64,000 nucleotides of DNA from Bacteroidetes bacterium MedPE-SWsnd-G1 (GCA_001874265.1 MPDD01000006.1:31778-95777); one strand, 5' to 3'; numbered from the stretch's first letter, positions 21,873 through 31,036 are shown. Made by a program: numbers and translations. Notes: generated by a model from the sequence alone, not told the origin.

Positions 21873-22820
21873 AAAAGCATCATAATTTTCTATTGCCTGA
21901 ATAATCATTTCAACGGCATCAACATAAAATTCTTGATTTATGGTATCGAAGGTGTCTGTGTGCTTATGATAATCTTTATGGTCTTCTACACCAAAGTAAA
22001 TAAATGGAATACCCGCTCTATGAAATATTCTATGATCAGAAGAATTTGTCCAATCATCTAAGTCATCATTATTCGGATCGTCATGTCCATATTTAAGTAC
22101 CAAGTGAGTATTTAGATCGTCTAATGGTTTTTTTAGTTTTGGGTAATGATAAAGCCCAGATGCGTAAATTGTAGAATCGCTATGCGCAATCATATCCATG
22201 TTTATATTCATGGTTATTTTGGCAGTATCCATTGGAAAATTCTTTAATAAATAGTCCGCTCCTAAAGAACCGATTTCTTCTGCATCAACTGCAGCAAACA
22301 CCAAGGAGTGCTTCGTTTGTTTATTTTTGAAATATTCGACCATTGCAAGCAATGCGGCAGTTCCTGATGCATCGTCATCTGCACCGTTATATATCTTACC
22401 CTTTCTAATACCTAAATGGTCTAAATGACCTGTAATAACAATTGTCTTATCCGTTTTACCTTTTAAATAGGCTGCAACATTTCCTCCAATAACAGTTGTG
22501 TCTGGCACATTACTAAAATCTTCATTTGGGTTTGCAATTGGATATATTCGTTGTCTTCTTTTACCTTTAAAAGTATAAGGGTATTCTTGTATGTAACTAT
22601 TTTCAAAAGCTGGTATAGCACCTAATTTTTCAAATTCTTTAGCTAAGTAAATTTGAGTTTTCTTATTGCCTTCAGTTCCAAAAAAACGACCTTCAGTAGA
22701 ATCGTGGGCAATGGCTTTTAAATTAAGAAGTAATTTTTCAGAATTAATTGAAATTGAATTTTTTTGATTTTGACAAGAAAGTAAAAAACTTAGAATAAAA
22801 AGTGATAGTATGTATTTCAT
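21864..22820 (-). CDS. M28 family metallopeptidase, lipoprotein
   Basis: Lipobox LLSC; GHLDHLG, NGADDDASG, DAEEIG, NMDM, SDH, YHKHTD. Confidence 0.9.
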   Translation of the reverse strand: MKYILSLFILSFLLSCQNQKNSISINSEKLLLNLKAIAHDSTEGRFFGTEGNKKTQIYLAKEFEKLGAIPAFENSYIQEYPYTFKGKRRQRIYPIANPNEDFSNVPDTTVIGGNVAAYLKGKTDKTIVITGHLDHLGIRKGKIYNGADDDASGTAALLAMVEYFKNKQTKHSLVFAAVDAEEIGSLGADYLLKNFPMDTAKITMNINMDMIAHSDSTIYASGLYHYPKLKKPLDDLNTHLVLKYGHDDPNNDDLDDWTNSSDHRIFHRAGIPFIYFGVEDHKDYHKHTDTFDTINQEFYVDAVEMIIQAIENYDAFLD

Positions 22821-22822
22821 GA

Positions 22823-23545
22823 TTAATGTTTATGGTTTTCGTTAGTGCATTCATCTTTTTTCTTAAACAAATTTCCAATTCGTCTAAAAATTGAAGGTTT
22901 TTCATAGGAAGTAATTACGACTTCGCCTATTAAGGAATTGGAATCAGTCATTACTTCATTTATTGTTATATGATTAGTATTTAACATAATTTTCTGTTTG
23001 ATTACCTCAAATCCGATAAAAGAAACAGTTATAATTTCATTTAATTTGACTTCTGAACGATTTAATATTAATTCAAAGTTTCCATGCCAGTCAGTCGTGG
23101 TACCTTTTCTTATTCTATCGATTGAAATATTGGCACCCGGTAGTGGTCCATTCAAATCTTTAATATTACCTGAGATAACAATGGAATCGTTAAGAATTAA
23201 ATTTTCAGTTGAATTTTTTGTTTCGTTAAATTCAATTTGATTTTCATTCTTTTGGGAAAATATTGGAGAGTTTAAAGTCAAAAATGTTGGAATACTTAAA
23301 AGTAACGCCAGTCTTCCAAACTTCGGTTTTTCACGTATACTGAGTTTTTGATTTATTTGATTTTGGTTAAATCTACCGCAAATTTCGGAATTAGATTTCA
23401 CGAGTAAGCCTAACTCCTGTTTAGTAATAAATCGAAAATCGAAAACTTCCTTTTTACAAGAAGCGCAATACCTTCCTCTTTCGGTTGTGGACATCTCATT
23501 CCATTTTTCATGGCAGGGCTTAGGTATTTCAATTTTGAATTGCAT
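22823..23545 (-). CDS. Membrane protein with N-terminal Cys/His motif and CarboxypepD_reg-like domain
   Basis: Start MQFKIEIPKPCHE..CASC..CGRF, hydrophobic segment, then ISGNIKD..PLPGANI..GTTTDWHGNF..SFIGF. Confidence 0.75.
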   Translation of the reverse strand: MQFKIEIPKPCHEKWNEMSTTERGRYCASCKKEVFDFRFITKQELGLLVKSNSEICGRFNQNQINQKLSIREKPKFGRLALLLSIPTFLTLNSPIFSQKNENQIEFNETKNSTENLILNDSIVISGNIKDLNGPLPGANISIDRIRKGTTTDWHGNFELILNRSEVKLNEIITVSFIGFEVIKQKIMLNTNHITINEVMTDSNSLIGEVVITSYEKPSIFRRIGNLFKKKDECTNENHKH

Positions 23546-23561
23546 CGAAAAATAAAGGTAC

Positions 23562-23587
23562 AAAAAAACCCGCTTATAAGCGGGTTT
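23562..23587 (-). terminator. Terminator of htpG
   Basis: aaacccgctta/taagcgggttt palindrome; the plus-strand A-tract is a U-tract on minus. Confidence 0.8.
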
Positions 23588-23606
23588 CAATTATTTATAG
23601 TCTAAA

Positions 23607-25520
23607 TTATTTAATCAATTCGTAACTACGTTTAATAAAATTGGTCAACTCTTCACCATGTAATAGGTTTTGAGACAACTTGGCCAAATCAAACGTTTGC
23701 TTAATTAAACGTTCTTGTTTTTTAGCGGTTTTAGTGTTCAGAATCTCACCAACTAAATCACTGTTTGTATTTACAACTAAGTTGTACATGTCTGGGAAGT
23801 TACCCATACCCATCATGCCGCCACCACCAGTTGCTTGCATCTCTTTCATTCTACGCATAAATTCTGGTTGCGTAATTATAAAAGGATTAGCGGAAGAGTC
23901 CATCGCTTCTAACTGTACAGTATAAGTTTCTTTTGGAATTGATCCTTCTAGTACTTCCTTTAATTTAGTTTGCTCATCTTCACTTAATTTTGAGATTTTG
24001 TTGTCATCCTTTTTTATAAGGTTGTCAATGTGATCTCCGTCTACACGCACAAACGAAATATTCTCTTTACTAGTTTCTAACTTCTGAATTAAATGAGAAA
24101 CAATTGGAGAGTCTAATAATAATACTTCATATCCCTTTGCTTTTGCATCTTCAATATAGCTGTGTTGTGCCTTTGCATCAGAGGCATATAAAACAATAGT
24201 TTTACCATCTTTGTCAGTTTGGGCATCTTTAATTTTTTCAACTAACTCATTCCAGATATAGTGGTCTCCACCAACAGTTGGATATAGTGCAAATTTGTCT
24301 GCTTTTTCAAAGAATTTATCTTCAGACAACATTCCGTATTCAATAATAATTTTAATATCATTCCATTTTTCTTCGAATGCTTTTCTGTCATTTTTGAACA
24401 GGCTTGCTAGTTTGTCAGCCACCTTACGTGTAATGTAGCTAGAGATCTTCTTCACAGCGCCATCGGCTTGTAAATAACTTCTAGATACATTTAACGGAAT
24501 GTCTGGTGAGTCGATTACACCACGTAACATTTGTAAGAAATCAGGCACGATTCCCTCTACATTATCCGTTACAAATACTTGGTTTTGGTATAACTGAATT
24601 TTATCCTTTTGAGGATCCATGTTTTGTGTTAACTTAGGGAAGTATAAGATTCCTGTTAAGTTAAATGGATAATCTACGTTTAAGTGAATATTAAATAAAG
24701 GCTCTTCAAATTGCATTGGATACAATTCTCTGTAGAATGATTTGTAATCTTCTTCCTCTAATTCACTTGGTTGTTTTGTCCAAGCCGGATTTGGATTATT
24801 GATAATTGAATCAACAGTAATTTGTCTATGTGGCTCAGTCGTTTCTTTACCATCTTTGTCCGTTGTAGTTTCTGGAGTATGCGAAGGATCATTTACTTCT
24901 TTTGTTCCAAACTTAATCGGAATAGGCATAAACTTGTTGTACTTAGAAAGTAATCCTCCAATTTTAGCCTCATCTAAAAACTCTTCAGAATCCTCAGCAA
25001 TATGTAAAACAATTTCTGTTCCTCTTTCCGTTCTGTCGGTATCTTCTAATGTATACTGTGGACTTCCGTCACACTCCCAACGAACAGCTTTTGCGTCCTC
25101 TTTGTATGATTTTGTATAAATCTCAACCTTCTCAGCGACCATAAAGGCAGAGTAAAATCCAAGACCAAAATGACCAATAATGCCACTATCAGGAACTTTG
25201 TCTTTGTATTTTTCTACAAACTCTTCTGCACCAGAAAAGGCTACTTGATTTATATATTTTTCAACTTCTTCACCAGTCATACCAATTCCTTGATCAATAA
25301 TTCTGATTTGTTTGTTGTCTTTATCAACGATAACTTCTAATCTAGGTTCTCCAATATCACCTTTAACCTCGCCTAAAGTAGATAGGTGTTTTAACTTTAA
25401 AGTTGCATCGGTTGCATTTGAAATAAGTTCTCTTAAGAAAATCTCATGATCTGAGTATAAGAACTTTTTTATAATAGGAAAAATATTTTCTGCTGTTACA
25501 TTAATGTTTCCAGTTGCCAT
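23607..25520 (-). CDS. htpG: Chaperone HtpG (Hsp90)
   Basis: EIFLRELISNA, DQGIGMT, IGHFGLGFYSAFMVA; ATG at 25520 (MATGNINV). Confidence 0.97.
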   Translation of the reverse strand: MATGNINVTAENIFPIIKKFLYSDHEIFLRELISNATDATLKLKHLSTLGEVKGDIGEPRLEVIVDKDNKQIRIIDQGIGMTGEEVEKYINQVAFSGAEEFVEKYKDKVPDSGIIGHFGLGFYSAFMVAEKVEIYTKSYKEDAKAVRWECDGSPQYTLEDTDRTERGTEIVLHIAEDSEEFLDEAKIGGLLSKYNKFMPIPIKFGTKEVNDPSHTPETTTDKDGKETTEPHRQITVDSIINNPNPAWTKQPSELEEEDYKSFYRELYPMQFEEPLFNIHLNVDYPFNLTGILYFPKLTQNMDPQKDKIQLYQNQVFVTDNVEGIVPDFLQMLRGVIDSPDIPLNVSRSYLQADGAVKKISSYITRKVADKLASLFKNDRKAFEEKWNDIKIIIEYGMLSEDKFFEKADKFALYPTVGGDHYIWNELVEKIKDAQTDKDGKTIVLYASDAKAQHSYIEDAKAKGYEVLLLDSPIVSHLIQKLETSKENISFVRVDGDHIDNLIKKDDNKISKLSEDEQTKLKEVLEGSIPKETYTVQLEAMDSSANPFIITQPEFMRRMKEMQATGGGGMMGMGNFPDMYNLVVNTNSDLVGEILNTKTAKKQERLIKQTFDLAKLSQNLLHGEELTNFIKRSYELIK

Positions 25521-25558
25521 ATTAAATATATTTTTTAATGTTTTATACTTGTTACTGG

Positions 25559-25598
25559 ACAAAAAAAATACCAAATGAAAGTTTGTGACAAGATGTCA
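25559..25598 (-). promoter_or_regulatory. TGACA-N3-TGTCA palindrome plus sigma54-like GG-N10-GT element upstream of htpG
   Basis: tgacaagatgtca at 25586-25598; minus strand TTGG-TATTTTTTTT-GT at 25574-25559. Confidence 0.5.
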
Positions 25599-25667
25599 TT
25601 TTGATTTCTTATGCTGCGCATAACAAAAATTAATTTGCTAACTTTGATTGAAATAAAATAGAAGATT

Positions 25668-26675
25668 ATGTACAATTCGATAATAACTGGAATGGGGCAT
25701 TTTGTTCCTGACAATGTGGTAACCAATGATGATCTATCAAAAATGATGGATACTAATGATGAATGGATACAAGAAAGAACAGGAATAAAAGAAAGGCGCT
25801 GGATAAAGGAAGGTAGTGGAGAAACTTCGGCTACTATGGGAGCAAAGGCTGCCAGAATAGCAATTGAAAAAGCAGGGCTAACCAAAGATGATATAGATTT
25901 TATAGTTTTTGCAACTTTAAGCCCAGATATGTATTTCCCTGGTTGTGGAGTTCAAATTCAAGATATGTTAGAGATGCCAACTATTGGAGCATTAGATGTT
26001 CGTAATCAATGTTCTGGTTTTGTGTATGCACTATCAGTTGCGGATCAATTTATTAAGACAGGAATGTATAAGAATGTTTTGGTAATAGGTTCTGAGTATC
26101 ATTCAGGTGGATTGGATAAAACGACTAGAGGTAGAGGAGTGTCTGTAATATTTGGAGATGGAGCAGGAGCGGCTGTTTTAAGTAGAACAGAAGACAACAC
26201 TAAAGGTATATTATCGTCTCATTTACATTCTGAAGGGAAACATGCAAGAGAATTAACAGTTGATGGACCAAGTATTGCTAACTGGGTACCGGCTATATTA
26301 GAACGAAATGATCCTGATGATACATCGTACTACCCATATATGAATGGAACTTTTGTGTTTAAGCATGCGGTAGTTCGTTTTTCTGAAGTAATTATGGAAG
26401 GCTTGGCAAAAAACAAGTTACAGCCAACAGATATTGATATGTTAATACCGCATCAGGCAAATTTGAGAATTGCACAGTTTATTCAAAAGAAATTTAGACT
26501 TGAAGATAGTCAAGTTTTTAATAATATTATGAAGTATGGTAATACAACAGCTGCATCAGTAATTATAGCCTTAACAGAGGCATTTGATAAAGGAAAAATT
26601 AAAGATGGAGATTTAGTAGTATTAGCCGCCTTTGGTAGTGGATTTACTTGGGGAAGTGTTATAATGAGATGGTAA
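25668..26675 (+). CDS. fabH: 3-oxoacyl-ACP synthase III family protein
   Basis: NQCSGF, FGDGAGA, IPHQANLRI, YGNTTAAS, FGSGFTWG; TAACTTTG promoter element at 25639-25646. Confidence 0.9.
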   Translation: MYNSIITGMGHFVPDNVVTNDDLSKMMDTNDEWIQERTGIKERRWIKEGSGETSATMGAKAARIAIEKAGLTKDDIDFIVFATLSPDMYFPGCGVQIQDMLEMPTIGALDVRNQCSGFVYALSVADQFIKTGMYKNVLVIGSEYHSGGLDKTTRGRGVSVIFGDGAGAAVLSRTEDNTKGILSSHLHSEGKHARELTVDGPSIANWVPAILERNDPDDTSYYPYMNGTFVFKHAVVRFSEVIMEGLAKNKLQPTDIDMLIPHQANLRIAQFIQKKFRLEDSQVFNNIMKYGNTTAASVIIALTEAFDKGKIKDGDLVVLAAFGSGFTWGSVIMRW

Positions 26676-26689
26676 TTAATTATTGTATA

Positions 26690-26800
26690 AAATAAAAATC
26701 CAAGTCGTGGGGACTTGGATTTTTTTTTGTCAAATAATTTAAAGAACCCCAAATACTCCAAATCATTTTTTAAAATAACTATTATTAACTGAAATAAAGT
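26690..26800 (-). ncRNA. Candidate small RNA (~110 nt) or 28-aa micro-ORF transcript
   Basis: TATCTTTG -7 element on minus (26813-26806), upstream palindromic boxes, downstream terminator, no annotated gene between them. Confidence 0.4.
26694..26728. terminator. Bidirectional terminator after fabH
   Basis: aaaaatccaagtc-gtggg-gacttggattttt with T-tracts on both strands. Confidence 0.85.
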
Positions 26801-26835
26801 TAAGACAAAGATAAATGATATATACATGCAACGGT

Positions 26836-26901
26836 ATCCCCAAAATCCGTGAATTTTTAGCATCACGGAAAACCGTGATTCGATATCACGGAAAACCGTG
26901 A
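26836..26901. repeat. Tandem palindromic boxes TCACGG-AAAA-CCGTGA x2 plus a half-site
   Basis: atcacggaaaaccgtga at 26862-26878 and 26885-26901 (23-nt period); third ccgtga at 26847-26852. Confidence 0.85.
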
Positions 26902-26911
26902 ATGGGAAATG

Positions 26912-26941
26912 TAAAAGGCTCGCAAATTTGCGAGCCTTTTA
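26912..26941 (-). terminator. Terminator of the outer-membrane receptor gene
   Basis: Perfect palindrome taaaaggctcgcaaa/tttgcgagcctttta. Confidence 0.8.
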
Positions 26942-26967
26942 TTCCAATACATTTTTATAAAAGTATT

Positions 26968-29415
26968 CTATAAAAACCCACCACCACCTTGGGCTTCATT
27001 ATCATCTCTATTTTTTCTTCTTCTTTCTTTGTTTTTTCCTCCTCCAAATCGGTAGTTAAAGCCTAAGTATGCCGTTCTACTTTCCCAATTAAATTGACCA
27101 GCTGAAGGATATGGGTTTTCAGATTCGAATTTGAACTTCATTCCTTGGAAAATGTCGTTCACTCTAAATGTTAAGGTTCCTTTACCTTTTAAAACATTGT
27201 AACTAGCACCTAGATTAATCATCCACATCGGATCTGTTTTAAACTGAATACTTTGTCCACCGCCTCTATACATTGCAAACATTTGTAGTCTAAGGTCTTT
27301 GTTTAAAGTAAAATTGTTACTAACTCTAGCATTAAATGCATTATTTGTTACTTCTAATTCATCTCCATTGGCGGTACCTGTTTCATTCTGCACATATAAA
27401 TCGGCACTAGCATTAGCTCTCCACCAAGTTGTTACGGCATAATTAAATGAAGCTTCAAATCCATATCTACTGTTACTATCGGTATTTGTAAATGACAACA
27501 GTACTTTATCTTCATCTAACGGGTCAACATTTAAAATACGTGTAATATTGTCATGCACTTGCCTGTAAAAAGTACCAAATGTAACTGATCCTTTTTCTAA
27601 TTGACGCGTATAGTTTAATTCGTAAGAATCTGTAAACTGTGGATTTAAAGCAGGATTACCTACAGAAGTTATACGAGGAGTACTCCATTCTCTAATCGGG
27701 TTAATTTGTTGAAGAGAAGGCCTGTCTACTCTTCGACTATAACTAACTTGAAATTGGTTTTTCTCACTAGGATTATAAGTAAAAAATGCAGAAGGGTAAA
27801 TTGAGAAAATTTGATCTTCAACGGTTTGCGTTTCACCTTTGTTAAAAGTTCCTACAATTTCATATTGCTCTAATCTAGCACCAATTTGCATGGTTAGTTT
27901 ATCCCATTGCTGCATGTAATTAACATAACCAGAATAAATATCCCTAACATAATCAAAACTAGAATCTGGCGTAACTTGAGTTAAATATTCTCCTGGATTT
28001 GCTGGGTCAGGAATCCTATCTCCATTATCATCCAATAGAAATTCGTGTTGCGTAGTAGTTTGGAAATTTTCTGAGTGGCTTCCGCGAACTTCCAGTCCTA
28101 TTTCTAATTTACTAGTTTCGGTTAATGGGTTTGTATAATCTAGGTTATATAAATGACTTTCACGCTTGTTTTCGATATTAGCAACGTAATTGTTAAAAAC
28201 ATCATCCGGATTTAGATAGTCTCCATTTTCGGCATCTTCAGGGCCTTTGAAATTGGCAATTGAAGCATCAAATTCTATATTATGTCCTTCTTTTTCGAAA
28301 TCTAATTTATAATTGAAGTTATAGGATGCGTTTTTGGTATCGCTAACCGCAGTATTAAAGCCATCTATAACAAGAGTTCCATCATCAGTGATTTTTTGAG
28401 TACCTGAATTATCACTATCAAATTGATTTTGTGTTGTGTAAAATGAGAAAGTGTTTTTTTCATTTAAATAAACATCGGCTCCGGCTTTCAACACATTTGA
28501 TTTGTTGTCCATTTCAAAATCAAACTCTTGCAAAGAATTATTGTCTTCTCTATGGACAAAACCGTAATTGTCATTTTTTCCATTGTTATGACCATAGTTC
28601 GCGAAGAAATTTACCTTTCCTGTCTTGTAATTCATATCTAATGAACCGTTAAAACGGGTGTTTTCTCCTTGTGTAACTCCAGTGTTAACAGTACCATTAA
28701 ACCCTTGATTTGCACTTTTATGAAGTACGATGTTAATAATTCCACTCATTCCTTCTGGGTTGTATTTTGCAGAAGGATTTGTAATTAATTCCACTTGTTT
28801 TATTGAAGTTGATGGAATCTGTTGAAGTAACTGTGCGGCACTTACATTTGTTGGTTTTCCATCTACTAGAACACGTACATTTTCGTTACCTCTTAAACTT
28901 ATCTGCCCAGTTTGAGAGTCGACACTTACAGATTGCACATTGTTTAATAATTCCGATGCCGTAGTTCCAGCGGCCGTTAAATCCTTACCTACATTAATTA
29001 CTTTTCGATCTATTTTTTGAACGACTGTAGATACTTCTGCAACTACTTCTACTTCATCTAGTTGAGCCGCATCTACAATTAAGGCGACGGTCCCAATTGA
29101 ATGCACGGCATCGTCTTTAGTGAAATTGATAGTACGAGCTTCTGTTTTATATCCAATAAATTGGACTTCCACTATATTTTGACCTAAAGGGATTTTTTTA
29201 ATTTCAAATTGCCCTTGGTCGTCTGTAATTCCACCGGTTAAAATTTCATTGGCAGCATTTTTAATTACAATATTTACATATGGTAATGATTCATTCGTTT
29301 CAGCATCGGTAATTTTTCCAGAAACTTTTCCAGTTTTGTCAGATTCGTCGGTCGTTGCATTTACATTAAAAGCAAAACTTAACGACAATGCCAAAAGGCA
29401 AATAAGGTTTTTCAT
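26968..29415 (-). CDS. TonB-dependent receptor-like outer-membrane beta-barrel (CarboxypepD_reg + plug + barrel)
   Basis: Signal peptide, VSGKITDAETNESLPYVNI, plug motif VELITNPSAKYNPEGMSGIINI, GNPALNPQF, C-terminal YLGFNYRFG. Confidence 0.9.
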   Translation of the reverse strand: MKNLICLLALSLSFAFNVNATTDESDKTGKVSGKITDAETNESLPYVNIVIKNAANEILTGGITDDQGQFEIKKIPLGQNIVEVQFIGYKTEARTINFTKDDAVHSIGTVALIVDAAQLDEVEVVAEVSTVVQKIDRKVINVGKDLTAAGTTASELLNNVQSVSVDSQTGQISLRGNENVRVLVDGKPTNVSAAQLLQQIPSTSIKQVELITNPSAKYNPEGMSGIINIVLHKSANQGFNGTVNTGVTQGENTRFNGSLDMNYKTGKVNFFANYGHNNGKNDNYGFVHREDNNSLQEFDFEMDNKSNVLKAGADVYLNEKNTFSFYTTQNQFDSDNSGTQKITDDGTLVIDGFNTAVSDTKNASYNFNYKLDFEKEGHNIEFDASIANFKGPEDAENGDYLNPDDVFNNYVANIENKRESHLYNLDYTNPLTETSKLEIGLEVRGSHSENFQTTTQHEFLLDDNGDRIPDPANPGEYLTQVTPDSSFDYVRDIYSGYVNYMQQWDKLTMQIGARLEQYEIVGTFNKGETQTVEDQIFSIYPSAFFTYNPSEKNQFQVSYSRRVDRPSLQQINPIREWSTPRITSVGNPALNPQFTDSYELNYTRQLEKGSVTFGTFYRQVHDNITRILNVDPLDEDKVLLSFTNTDSNSRYGFEASFNYAVTTWWRANASADLYVQNETGTANGDELEVTNNAFNARVSNNFTLNKDLRLQMFAMYRGGGQSIQFKTDPMWMINLGASYNVLKGKGTLTFRVNDIFQGMKFKFESENPYPSAGQFNWESRTAYLGFNYRFGGGKNKERRRKNRDDNEAQGGGGFL

Positions 29416-29448
29416 GATTAGTTTTTTAGTCTATTTGGTTGTTTATAT

Positions 29449-29505
29449 GACGACCCTAATCATTTACTGTTACCCTTTCTAAATAGGTTTAACAGTACTT
29501 TAACA
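29449..29505 (-). promoter_or_regulatory. ECF-sigma-like promoter with upstream 11-nt direct repeat
   Basis: Minus strand GTAAC(29473-29469)-N16-CGTC(29452-29449); TGTTAA-N5-TGTTAA at 29505-29489. Confidence 0.45.
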
Positions 29506-29509
29506 AAAC

Positions 29510-29540
29510 AAAAAAAACCGAATCAAGTTGATTCGGTTTT
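29510..29540 (-). terminator. Terminator after the MORN-variant gene
   Basis: aaaaccgaatcaa-g-ttgattcggtttt with A8 on the plus strand. Confidence 0.8.
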
Positions 29541-29559
29541 ATAAAGTTTTTGATTTGCT

Positions 29560-30978
29560 TTAGTCACAAGTTAACTTAGTAGTGTGTTTTCCAAATGAGT
29601 TCGCTGTTCTTTTTCTTAAGTTATACGTTTTTCCATCTCGATAGGTAGATGAATCTGAACCCTTCCATACTATACTTCTATCACCTTCAATAGTCTCGGC
29701 AAAGTAATAATAAATCTTATTCTTGGTTTCTCCAAGTAATGCAGTATCATTAGATTCTAATTGATACCAGGCTCGTGTTGTCCAATCACCGTCATTTTCG
29801 TCATCCTTATACCTCAATAAAATTTGTACTTTTTTAGAGCATTTGTTCGTGAATTGAAAAACGACCATATCGGCTCTTTCTGAACTAATCACATTACCAT
29901 CATCGTAAACAACATTATAACTTATTCCATCTTGGGAATCAAACCATTTTCCATCTTGTTCATCATTCACATAGTATCCTTCAGCATGTAGATCTCCATT
30001 CTCGGTATATTCTATATAGTATCCTTCATAGTCGCCATATTCATCTTTGTTATATTTTCTTTCTAATTGTCCATTGTCATAATAATCCCAATACGTCCAG
30101 ACACCAACTGAACTATAATACGGTCCAAGACCACTAGATGTCAAACCATTGTTTCCTTTCTTTTTTGGATTACCATTTCTATGATAATGCTCTTCTGGTC
30201 CAATAGCATTTCCTTCTTTATAGCTTGTACTAATGCTTAACTGTCCATTTGAGTAATACTCTTTATGAATACCTACTTCTTCCCCTTTAAAGAATTCTCC
30301 AACTCCATTAATTTTACCATTTTCATGGTAAGTAGTATATTTCCCATGTAATTCACCATCGAGTAAATACTCTATATCTCTAATTTTTAAATTTTCAAGA
30401 TCTTCACTTTCAAAATAATTAATTCTAAAGCCTTCTCCAATTAGAATTTCGTCATTGTATTCATCTACTCCGTAAGTTAAACTTTGAATAAGCTTACCGT
30501 TTGGCAGATATACATCATATTTCCCATTAAGAATAGGGTCATCGTAATAACCGTCTTCATCCTTAAACGCGATTAAGGTTCCTTCTTCATGTAATTCTCC
30601 AGTCTCCCAATATGTTTTGAACGGACCATATTCAATCCCATCCTTCATTGTACCTATCTCAGAAACTTGTCCATTTTTGTAATAAGTTTTATATGGTCCA
30701 TGTTCAATTCCATCTTTAAAGGTGAACTCCTCTTCAAATAAACCATCTTCTGTATAAGAAATATATTTGCCATCTAGTTCATCATTTTTCATTGTACCTA
30801 ATTCAGAAAGTTGTCCATTTTTGTAATAAGTTTTAAATGACCCATGTTCTTTTCCGTTTAAGTATGTAATGACTTCCTCCAACTCACCAGAATCGTAGTA
30901 ATTCTTAATCTCACCGTTTTGTGCATTTGAAAAAAATATTGAGCATAGTAAAATTAGAATGGAGATTTTTATTTTCAT
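29560..30978 (-). CDS. Secreted MORN-variant (YwqK-like) repeat protein with DUF1036-like C-terminal domain
   Basis: Signal peptide; 24-aa repeats HGxYKTYYKNGQ; C-terminus FTNKCSKKVQILLRY..WTTRAWYQL..IYYYFAE. Confidence 0.8.
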   Translation of the reverse strand: MKIKISILILLCSIFFSNAQNGEIKNYYDSGELEEVITYLNGKEHGSFKTYYKNGQLSELGTMKNDELDGKYISYTEDGLFEEEFTFKDGIEHGPYKTYYKNGQVSEIGTMKDGIEYGPFKTYWETGELHEEGTLIAFKDEDGYYDDPILNGKYDVYLPNGKLIQSLTYGVDEYNDEILIGEGFRINYFESEDLENLKIRDIEYLLDGELHGKYTTYHENGKINGVGEFFKGEEVGIHKEYYSNGQLSISTSYKEGNAIGPEEHYHRNGNPKKKGNNGLTSSGLGPYYSSVGVWTYWDYYDNGQLERKYNKDEYGDYEGYYIEYTENGDLHAEGYYVNDEQDGKWFDSQDGISYNVVYDDGNVISSERADMVVFQFTNKCSKKVQILLRYKDDENDGDWTTRAWYQLESNDTALLGETKNKIYYYFAETIEGDRSIVWKGSDSSTYRDGKTYNLRKRTANSFGKHTTKLTCD

Positions 30979-31036
30979 ATTATTTTAGTTTGTTTAGTCT
31001 TTAAAAATAAAGATAGTAATTTATAGAAAATGATAT

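Noticed and set aside
26510-26866. 118-aa minus-strand ORF
   Set aside because: Crosses a terminator, overlaps fabH antisense and resembles no protein; the region is better explained by regulatory motifs
26862-26901. Two identical palindromes as a mini-CRISPR
   Set aside because: 17-nt repeat with only a 6-nt spacer, and no cas genes
29560-30978. YwqK-type toxin-antitoxin module
   Set aside because: No neighbouring toxin; the similarity reflects generic MORN-variant repeats
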